From positions 77,314,001 to 77,378,000 of the forward strand of contig NC_043006.1 in assembly GCF_006345805.1 (NCBI RefSeq): a stretch of DNA of 64,000 bases, given 5' to 3'. Positions 13,810-24,605 of the stretch are shown here, one piece after another (position 1 is the stretch's first letter; every line of letters starts with the position of its first letter). Under the pieces are notes generated by a model. It saw only the letters and a list, made by a program, of their open reading frames with translations, ran no database searches and was not told where the DNA came from. Position numbers and translations under genes: made by a program. Source of the DNA: Octopus sinensis. Lineage: Eukaryota.

Positions 13810-14140
13810 AATCCATTTATATATTTTCATATACATATATAAATTCGGAGAGAGTGGGGTGCAGACAGTAAGAGAAAAAGAGAGAGAGAGACTGCGTAAA
13901 AGGGCAGGGGAGAGAATTACATAAATACCTAGATACACACAGTGAATCCATCTTGCAAAAAGATTGATCTAAAACTACGTGATTTGACCAAGATTTTATA
14001 GTTCAGAAAATACGTACTGTGAATACCTACAGACACAGTTACCATTTCTTGTTACAATATATTTTACACCATATATTTTTCACCACTATAAAGATGCAGC
14101 CTTTTCACTGTATGTATATGTATATATATATATATGTGTG

Positions 14141-14196
14141 TGTGTGTTTATTGTATAATAAACCGAATGTGTGTTTATTGTATAATAAACCGAATG
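14141..14196. repeat. Perfect 27-bp tandem duplication
   Basis: TGTGTGTTTATTGTATAATAAACCGAA at 14141-14167 and 14168-14194. Confidence 0.95.
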
Positions 14197-17100
14197 GCTT
14201 ACACCTGGTAGCTTACTGGTAAAACACGGTCACTTTCAGTGAGATTGTTATGTATACGGTAAATGAAAGACGGTAAAATAAAACATACGATTGTTTCGAC
14301 ACATCTAGCATCAGTCCCTCATGAGTGGGACACTCAACAACTGGTTCATAATCATCCTGTGGTGCACATGTTTCTCATCGGAGGATAAATAGACACAACT
14401 CCTTAAAATAACAGTCCCGCAATGTACCTACTCATTTCATAGAAGGAAATCAGCAAAATGAAGGAAATATCTTCATTTACATAGAAGATCAAAAATAGAA
14501 CCACAGATGCAACAAAGAGAAACGAACAAACAATACAGCGAGAAAAATATTAAAAATAACCGTTAACTATATGGATCTATACACGCCCTCACCCCATCAA
14601 CACAGGCAATATGTACATACACAAAAATGTGTTCGTGCTCCTGTGTTGGCTATGACGTCACTAAACCAATAAACTTTTATCTGACATGACATCAACCCAC
14701 ATAAAATGTATAGTGATGTATGATAAAAGAAAATCAGTTGAAAATGTAAAATTTTCGAAGAAATATATACATCCATTGACAGGATAACAGGTTTAGTGTG
14801 GAGAAAAATATTTGGAAAAAAAGAGATATCGACCAACAATAAATGATCAGTTTGTTTATAATATTTATTAGAATTACTCTTCTGAAATAAAATAAATTAT
14901 ATACTAGTACATGCCTACATGCATGCATACACACATACATAAACGCGCGCACACACGTATAGATTCCCTCACATGCCTATATATATATATGAGTGTGCGT
15001 GTGTTTGAATATATGTATGTATGTATGTATATATGAATTTACCACTTTTGACGACTATTACCCAGGAAAATAATTACATCTGTTAACTGGTTGCAAAAAC
15101 GATTAGTCCTACAAAATATTATAGCTTACGATAAATATTCTCCTTCTAGATTTGATCTACATAGATTTTATAGATATATTTCATTGTTCTACTCTTCTGG
15201 CGATATGAATGGCGAAAGCATTTTAAAGCAGTTATCATCGCAAATACCAGTTTTGTTTGCTGCTTTGCACTAACAAGTTAGCATGCAGCTTAATTCTATA
15301 TCAGCTTATTTGCTTATATAGCATTTTTTTCTTTTAAGCTTTTTTCGTTTAAACAATCCGTTCCACTTGTCTCGCAAAGTACATCCGTGTCTCGTAGATA
15401 TTTTTGTTACTCATTGGATGTTTGTTCATAATTATGCTATACACATAATTTGCACAGCTGTAGCTGACTTCGGTTTTGTTCTAATTAACAAACTCATGGT
15501 GTCTCTTTGGCTGTCTGGCTGACAGGTTGGGATATGCGACATCATTAATACTATTAGTATTTTACGGTATGTAAAGACCACTCTCCGCCATCAAGTCGTG
15601 TGTAGCGGCCTTGTAGATAAGTAGTTAATTGTATAACAGTATATTTCTATATTTATGGAAGCGACTTATTAGAATGTCTGAGGATATATATTTATGAGTG
15701 AAAAGGAGATAACCAGCGACTGATATCTGAAGAGGAAGAAATTTCAACCATGTTCCGTGCTCTGCTTCCCCAGCAGCTTCTTTATAGGATCCAATTAGCT
15801 CAAAACATCAGCAGGAGGAACCACGTCCGGTTTAGGCCCCTACTCCTCTACCGTTTTGACATGGCGCCCCACCCTTTCGGAGGTATCTTCAGCTCTGGTG
15901 TTGAGTGCATGTCTTCTTTTTCCTTCTTTCTTCCGTTCCCTGGCCTCTTCGATGTAGCGTCAACGAGTGTCAGCGGGCGACTGACTGTCTTGTCAATTTT
16001 TCCCTTTAAATACCCGCGTTTTTACTAAATATGTTTGCCTGTAATTTTAATATTACAGCGATGCAGAGAATGAATGAATGAATGAGAGAGAGAGAGAGAG
16101 GGGGGGGGGAGAAAATACATAATGGAAGTTTGCTGTGTATTAAAAGAAAAAATCAGATGATAGTCAGATGAATGACAAAATGTAAATGGAATCGGTAATG
16201 CAGATTCAGTTAGTGATCAATTAAATTACAGCTCATTGATAGAGCATATAAGAGGAAGGGCACTCCACAGATCTGTGTAACATGAATATAATAAATAGGT
16301 ACAATCAATTCGAACTAAAAATCCAATACATCCGACGGGCTTTAGCATCGTTTTCGGTTACTCATTTGGATGACATGGTTTTATGAGACTCGAAGGTATG
16401 GTAAAATGCACTCACCTGAGATGCTAATCTGCTGGGTTGAATCTGTCTCTTCGTCGTTTTGGTGTAAACTTTTTTTTCTATTCGGCTATAATATATCGAC
16501 TGAATAGAATTCGAATAATGTTAGTTTAATGAATCATTTCGTGACGGCATAATCTAAATATCATTAAATTCTCATAAGAGAAAGTAAGAAAGGATCGTTT
16601 GATGAAGTATTGTGTAGGGGAGGAAAAAATTAAACTATTATTTTATCGGAAGTAGAAAGAATAGAATACGGCGCTGGGAGCGATGAGTATATTTAAACTG
16701 ATAGAAAGATGGTTGTATTTTGTGATAATTGAGAAATAAAGAAAGAAACAAATGGAAGGAAACGAAGATAGGAAGAAAGCAAGCGATGGAGAAAAAAATC
16801 AAACACAAATTTTGACGGAGAGCAAAACAGACTCATTAAAGGAAGGAAGAGTGATTCATTCAAAAGACCGATATATGATAATAGTGTCATAAAGTGAGCT
16901 ACATGCTGTCATACATGCATGCAGAGAATTTGAAAAAGAACATGTTATAAAAGAGGCATTTTATGTAATAATGAATAAAAAAAATTCTTAAATATTTCTT
17001 TATTATCAATATCCTTTCATGTGCTGTAGTATTGTGTTAATGACTATCTTCACAATCGATTCTAATTTGGCCGTCATGTTTTATGCTATAACTTTATCAG

Positions 17101-17304
17101 CTTCCCTCGTTAATAAACTTTATCCCTTTTAAGCGTACATTCATTCCAACTCATTTCGTGATGAATACCTTATCTCCTTTTAAACTGTTCAGTTTTATTT
17201 ATTTATTCATACATTTATTTTGTTAGGATTCATTGTTAAAGGAAAACTAAACAAAGGCTATTTTTACTGTTGTTAAATTAATGAAGTCTTACATTATGTA
17301 ACAC

Positions 17305-17440
17305 TTCCAAATCAATAGAAAGGAACAGTCGTTTTATCAACTCGGTGACTGATCGGTACTTTATTTCATCAGTTTTGCAGACTGAAAGATTAAGATACCT
17401 GGACGAGATTTGAACCTAGAACATAAAGAACCAGAACACA
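17305..17440 (-). mobile_element. Decayed SINE family A copy
   Basis: GGTACTTTATTTCATC...GATTTGAACCTAGAAC is the reverse complement of the family A core and B-box. Confidence 0.5.
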
Positions 17441-18323
17441 TATAGCTTTGATTTTCACATTGGAAAACATCAAAACAAAGCAAAAAATTAATAAATTGCT
17501 TACCATTTTCTTCTCTGACAAGCACCTATTCTTTATACTGATTAAGATATGTAATACTAATCAGTGGGCTCATACATGAAAAACATTGAATAATGTAATA
17601 CTACTTATGTTATATGCTATCAGCAGCCGACACACATTTCATAGAATTAATTTCTGCTGGGTCCAACATGAAACAATAAAATTTCAGAAACGACTGAGTT
17701 TTAATTGAATTAGATTGACATCGATAGAAACGCCTATTTATTCCCAGCTTGGCTTACATGAAACAGGATTCGATCAGACACGTGTTCGCTCAGAGAGTTT
17801 CTAAACCTGACTATCAGTCATTTCTTTTTTTTTTTTTCAAAAATGACATGTAACTCAGATTACTTTAACCAACGTATTGTGATTCTTCTTTCGCATGTGT
17901 AAAATGATGACGATATGAGAGGATTCATTTCTCAATTTATAGCTGGCGGACCGAATACATTGTACTCACTTGCGTATAATATTAATTAATTCATTAATTT
18001 AACAGCAACATGCCACGATGCTATCCAGCTGAATACTTGATAGCACCCTATACATCTTGCATCCGAGATAATTAATGGGTTCATTTGCATTAGGAGCAGG
18101 CCTATATAAATCATTATTCAGATCTTCTATCCTTGATAAACACTAAAACGAGCGACTCGCTACGGAGCATTCCAATTTGATAAAAGTTCCAACTAGATTT
18201 TTCTCAATCGCATCCAAAATGATTGAAAATCAAGGAACGTTTTACAATGAATACATACATGTGCACATCCACACACACACACACGCATACATACATACAG
18301 ACATACACACGCACACACAAGTA

Positions 18324-18354
<31 letters not shown>

Positions 18355-18573
18355 TTGTTTACTGAATTGTAAATGATTTGAAGCAATGGAACCTCTATAT
18401 TAACGAAATATCACCATGCAACTACACATGGGCAGAAGCATGTATATACACAGACATCAACCGAATCAAACGAAACCAAACTTTAAAGCCTTAGAACTTG
18501 TTTAGCGGCCAGCTAGAAATCTCCAAATCAAAAATCTTAGATAACTCCTTCTTACATCGTACTTGTGTGCGTG

Positions 18574-18688
<115 letters not shown>

Positions 18689-19057
18689 GTTTGATGTGGA
18701 GTAGTTAAATGGTTTTAAAAGAACATTATATTTACTTTACGTAACATTACGAATGTCACAATATCGAATGTTTTGTCCAGTATCGACATGCATCGAACTG
18801 TATTTGATGCATAGGTTAATAAGGTCTTTTGTTCAATTATGGAGTCATGTGTATTTCCTAAAAAAAGCCGGGATTACTTAAGAGAATAAAAAGTGCGTTT
18901 TATCAGAATCACTCGACAGATCCCACCTGATTGCCACTCACTCATACAATCATGCATAATGTCGAGCAATATAAATCCTTCTCATAAAAAGTAGTTCGCA
19001 TAAATTCATACATTAGTAATGAATGTTGTTTTCATTTATGGTTTAATGCAGTATATA

Positions 19058-19455
19058 TCTTTATATATAAAAGTAAGGTTGTGTGTCTGTCTCCTACGAT
19101 TTAGATTCCTAACTACTCCCACATTTTGCGGTGCAGTTTAACCAAAACCGGGTATCTTATAGTCGTGATTCATATCGAGCCCTTCTGGGTATTAGCGCGC
19201 GTCTACGATGAGTCTACGATTTAGAAAAAATTTACCATCATTTTTTTCCATTTTAATGCATTATTTTCGCTATTATATAAGGGAAGTAACTCTCTAAAAA
19301 TGTCTACGATGAGTCAACGATTTTAAAAAAATTTACCATAATTTTTTTTTCCATTTTAAATGCATTTCTTTGCTATTTTTTGGCTATAACTCTCTAATAA
19401 TGCTTATATAGTTATTTCCCTTACAAACCCGAACAACACCGGGCGATACTGCTAG
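19058..19455 (+). mobile_element. Complete non-autonomous Helitron (398 bp)
   Basis: 5' TC at 19058-19059 preceded by A. 3' CTAG at 19452-19455 followed by T. Subterminal hairpin CCCG-AACAACAC-CGGG (19428-19443) lies 8 nt before CTAG. No TSD. Internal about 100-bp-period duplication beginning TCTACGATGAGTC (19202 and 19303). Confidence 0.75.
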
Positions 19456-20799
19456 TTATATATATATTACTTGAATATTAATAATGTTTTATTATATTTT
19501 AATCAAGATTTTGTCACGCTCGAATTCCGAGCTTGTTATAACCGATTATATCCACTTGCCCAACATTAAGACCTTGTCTATAAGTAGTCGTCCATCAGAT
19601 TTGCGCAAGTCTTTCTCATTCAGTGACTCATTTCTGAAATGTTGAAAACAGCAAAGTGATTTCCATAATGAACACGCAAGCAGCTGCTTGGACCGTTCTA
19701 CCGTCACAGAAAAAGGTGCCTATATTACATACTAATTTCACTTCGGTATCTTTATTTACGCAAGGTACAGAATGGCATTGATTAAAGCATTTCACATGTA
19801 AATCTACTTCTTATTAACCCACGTTATTAAGTATTAGTTTTAAGCTACCAGTTTCGGTTCATAAAATGTAACGCCAGAACTGAAATATCTTATTTCACTA
19901 AAACACTGGAACTGTGTGTCAGATACAGAAAACACATCCATAATCCGTATATTTAATACCCGACAAATTATAAGATAAAAATAAATGCTAACAAAATACA
20001 TAAGATATATACATAGTTTCCTTTTTATGAGCAACAAATTGCAGAAGATAAAATTATATCTCTCATTTAGAAACAATACATATTGTAAATAAATATCTGT
20101 TTCTAGTTTTTGCTTTAAATAAAGAAAAAAATATGTACCACAATGAATTCTATATATTGCTTATTTCTCACTTATTTCCATTTTTTCCAATGCCATAACT
20201 GTGAATAGAAATTAAAAATTGCAGAGAAACAACAGGAAAAACAATAGTACGTTTTAGTTAAGTAGAAAAAATAGTATTTTCAATTGCTTTTTTTTCTTCT
20301 TCTATTTTTTTACGCGTTTAGTTCCTTCTGCTTTACGCAACATTAACACTGCAAACATATTCATACTTTTTCATATAGAAACTATAAACAAAAATAATAG
20401 ATATATAGCAATTTATACCAATTTCGGTGTTTTTATATATTCAATACATTTTGTTTCCATATTCTTTACAGTTTTATTCATTTTTCCTCTTTCTTCGCTT
20501 CCATTATTTCTTGCATATCTTATTTATATATTTACATTGCTGTGTTTTCTATTAACCATTACATACACATTGTATTTGTACGATCTGTACGAAACAACCT
20601 ACGACTTCTGTAATGTATTATGAGTAGGTTTGGATCAGGAAGATGGAGAGTCGTGATATGCATATACGGCCAATCTCACCCTCGGAAACAGTGGAGCATG
20701 AAAAGAACGTAGAGATAGAATGAACCAGGTGATGATCTACTTACAAAGCGATACCGAGCAATAATATATAAAAAAACAACCAATATTTGTCACTGAAGC

Positions 20800-20910
20800 G
20801 AGTACTTTAGGGCTCGTTTTTTTTTCTTTGTTTGTCGATCTTGAATGGATAAAAGGCAAAGCCTGCCTCGACAAAACTTGAACTCAGAGTATTTTGTGAT
20901 GCTAAGAAAG
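20800..20910 (-). mobile_element. Decayed SINE family A copy
   Basis: GTCGATCTTGAATGGATAAAAGGCAAAGCCTGCCTCGACAAAACTTGAACTCAGA matches the reverse complement of the family A core. It supplies the start of ORF 20845-21207. Confidence 0.55.
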
Positions 20911-22531
20911 AATTTGGGAAAAAGGCTGGCAGTATTCTGTGCGTACAAGTCTTCCTTCCTCACGTCATCGATATTTATCTCAAGGAGTAACCATCAAATT
21001 GGAGCAACACAGCTTCGACCCTGTGTTGTCGCCGGCGTATGCCGAGTGAAGGTACGAAACTGGAAGATATACAAGAAGGCAGTTTACCCAGCCTCTGACA
21101 GGTCCCTAACCCTAAACCACCCAGTGTCAGATCCGATAATCTATCGATCAGTAGTGATTTGTCCTATCGATTCGAAAGTGATTATATTCAAAGTGAACTT
21201 GAATTGATTTGATATAAGAGTGCAGAGCGTAAGAACAAGCAACGGAGTGCAATGTTTCAAACGTACTAATTAGTTGACTTTATGTACATCAGATTTTCAT
21301 TAAATGCTCATAATACAAAGCTATTACAAGTTTCCATGTATGCAAGTCACATAAATTATGCAAACAGATATAATTATGTAAATTATACATGTTGCATGCA
21401 AATCATGCCAGTCGCATAAATTATGAGCTAATCTATCAGACACGCTTCATATTCACTCTGCATTGAGTGAATATTTAATTAAATAATGAAAAACATAGAT
21501 AACTATGTTAACTAATGGAAAACTGAACGAACGAGACCCTGCTAAATATAGCATTTATATTCCTTGCTTTCTAAAACTTCAGAAGCAATATTGGATGTTG
21601 TATCGTATAAGGTCATGGCTGAAGTGTGTTTGCTCAGTGTCGTATGGATTTATCTAAGAAACAAACAGAACAATGATGCTGTAATAAGTAAACAGACACA
21701 AGACATGTACGATGAGGAAATCACTTGATGTTTGTGTAAATTGTGGTAAATATCAGCCTACTTTAATCGCACTATATTATCGCCTCCAAAGCAAGAAACC
21801 CGTCAATGGTAGTTCTTGATATATGCAAGTTCGGACATAGCTTGGATAGCATTTATCATAAATTATATTCTTGACTGGATCTCTGGCTTAACAATAACAA
21901 AATTTACGACAGGGAAACGGCTTGCTAATGTTAATTTTTTACGAATATGTACATTCTATATCGTATGAATAAATTCCCAGAATTTCAAGAAATTTGTATG
22001 GATCTGTGGCATAGTGGTCATACATCAAGCAATCATTTTGACGTTCACTTCGGAATGCAGCGAATTGGAAAATTCGTTGAGCATTGAAAAGTTGCCTTGC
22101 ACAATATTCGACACAATATTCAGTATGAAATTGCTATAGTCATTCACCTCTGCGGTGTGGATAAAATAACGTACAAACTAGAACTGGGACTAATATCCAC
22201 TAATCCTTTCTCCATAAAAAATGCTCAATTTTCTCAAAATTAGAAACATTTATATCTTGCATTTATGAAAACCTGAAGCTGTTTGCAGATACATCAGAGT
22301 ATCGGGGGAATATACTTTGCTCTTGTAGTTCAGTGGAATTTGAACTCCGAATGTAAAGTGCTACTGAGGAGTCACTGATGTGGTGGAATCATGCGGCTGG
22401 CAGATTCAGCGACCACCGAAGAGGGTCTTCATTTGTCAACAATATAATTACGAGTTCTTTTATGCAACTCCAGTCCATATGAGAGGCTCCCTCTCGGTAG
22501 ATAACGCAGATATATATATATATATATATAT

Positions 22532-22643
22532 ATTGATCAAAATAAAAACATGATGCGAAGGATTCAGCGGTACATGTTTCGGGCCTTTATTAGACAGATT
22601 TATACCGCTGAATCCTTCGCATCATGTTTTTATTTTGATCAAT
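22532..22643. repeat. Perfect 41-bp inverted repeat with 30-bp loop
   Basis: ATTGATCAAAATAAAAACATGATGCGAAGGATTCAGCGGTA (22532-22572) is the exact reverse complement of 22603-22643. It abuts a (TA)n run. Confidence 0.95.
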
Positions 22644-22768
22644 TTACTCTACCACCTACACCTCCGAACGGTATACACAGGTGCTTATAATTATCAAGTA
22701 CTCACCCCGAATTTCTATATATATATATATATATAGTACACATGTATAGACGTGTCCGTGTGTATACA

Positions 22769-23156
22769 GGCGCAGGTGTGGTAAGAAGCTTCCATCCCAG
22801 CAACATGATTCCGGGCTTGGTCCCTCTGCGTCGCACCTTGGATAATGCCTTCTGCTATAGCCTGGAGCCGACCAGAGCCTTGTAAGTGGATTTGGTAGAC
22901 GGAAAGTAAAAGAAGTCTGCTGTATACATATATATATAATTGTGAGTGTGTGTAATTGTGTATCTCTGTTTGTCCGCCCTCCATCGCTTGACAACCAATA
23001 CGGGCGTATTTACATACCGGTAACTTAGCGGCTCGGCAACAGTGACCGACAGAATATGTACTGAGCCTACAAAAAAATAAGTCTTGGGGTCAATTTGTTC
23101 AACTAAAGGCGGTGCCCCAGCATGGACGCAGTCAAATGACTGAAACAAATAAAAGA
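22769..23156 (+). mobile_element. tRNA-derived SINE, family B (internal microsatellite)
   Basis: Head GGCGCAGG..GTGGTAAG, CACCTTGG box, GTGGATTTGGTAGACGGAAA, internal TA/TG tract, and tail GGCGGTGCCCCAGCATGG..CAGTCAAATGACTGAAAC. Collinear with the copies at 23627 and 57137. Confidence 0.9.
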
Positions 23157-23626
23157 ATATATATATAACATTTATGTATAAGAAAAGAAATTGTAGGAAT
23201 AGAAATAAGTGTAATAATAAAAACAAAAATATAATTAAGTAACTTGCCCTATATATAAATAAGTTTCATTTACAATTATATAATTGCAATGAAACTTATA
23301 ATGAGCATACTATTATATGGTTAATTGTTCCATTCACTAACGAAATTACGACTAACTTAATTAAATGTCTTTATAACTTACTTTCAAAACACTTTACTAA
23401 GGAAAATAAGTACTATCACATAATTTACCCCAGTTACGTCAGAGTTGGATTTTCTGTCTCGACTAATGTTTCGCAGATTATGTCTTCACATAACAATTAA
23501 TTTTGTTTTAAATCTGGAGCTCTATTAACACATTAATGTCTATCTGTTGAATTCTCCATTTCTTTTGTTACACACTACACAAATGTTGATATACCCATTT
23601 GCCCCTATGAGAAGTAAACATCTATA

Positions 23627-23797
23627 GGCGCAGGAGTGGCTTTGTGGTAAGTAGCTTGCTTACCAACTATATGGTTCCGGGTTCCGTCCCCCTACATGGC
23701 ATCTTGGGCAAATGTTTTCTACTATAACCTCGGGCCGACCAAAGCCTTGTGAGTGGATATGGTAGAAGGAAACTGAAAGAAGCCTGTCGTATAAATG

Positions 23798-23865
<68 letters not shown>

Positions 23866-24105
23866 GTGTGTGTGTGTGTGTGGGTGTATGTGTTTATGTC
23901 TGTGTTTGTCCCCCTAACATCGTTTGACCCGATAATGGTGTGTTTATGTCCCCGTATCTTAGCGGTTTGGCAAAAGAGACCGATAGAATACGTACTAGGC
24001 TTACAAAGAATAAGTTCCGGTGTCGACTTGCTCGACTAAAGGCGGTGCTCCAACATGGCCCCAGTCAAATGACTGAAACAAGTAAAGGAGTAAAATAGTA
24101 AAAGA
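23627..24105 (+). mobile_element. tRNA-derived SINE, family B
   Basis: A-box-like TGGCTTTGTGGTAAG, B-box-like GGTTCCGTCCC, internal (TA)n(TG)n at about 23795-23885, and the same 3' tail as the other family B copies. Confidence 0.9.
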
Positions 24106-24464
24106 GTATCTATTTAGTACTTTACCGATACACTGGATAAAAATCGGGAACTTGGATGTTAATATCCCTTTAAAAGGTCTATATATATATGGATTAACAA
24201 TTGAGAAAACAAAAAGAATAATATACAGGAGAATATCAATGTTCTAGGGATACAGTTGTGTATTAAGCCAAATATTTTTACCCCCTGCGACGAGTTGTTC
24301 CTCTTCAGCACTGCTAATTTTCTTTTTTGTGACAGACTAACTTCCTACCTTTTCACTCTATTTTGTTTGTATTTCCCGATTCATGTCAATGCAAGCCAAT
24401 CAATAAGTCCAATTATACTAATGACTAACGTTATTGATGAACATTAATGTTAGTACTTCAGCTT

Positions 24465-24605
24465 TTTGATGACATCGATGTCGACAACTTCGATGCCGAT
24501 GACGTTGACGAAGACGCCGACGAACTAGAAGATGTTGGTAATGGTGATCTTGATTCTGATAATGATTATGATGGTGATGATGGCGCCTTTGATGGTGGCG
24601 TGGTT
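24465..24605. repeat. Decayed (GAT/GAC/GGT)n trinucleotide repeat
   Basis: A GAY-dominated tract that produces the poly-Asp ORF 24447-24647. Confidence 0.7.

Noticed and set aside
14653-14670. CRE palindrome TGACGTCA next to a CCAAT box
   Set aside because: Short motifs with no identifiable transcription start or downstream gene; compatible with chance.
21104-21115. (CCCTAA)2 telomere-like repeat
   Set aside because: Only two units; expected by chance.
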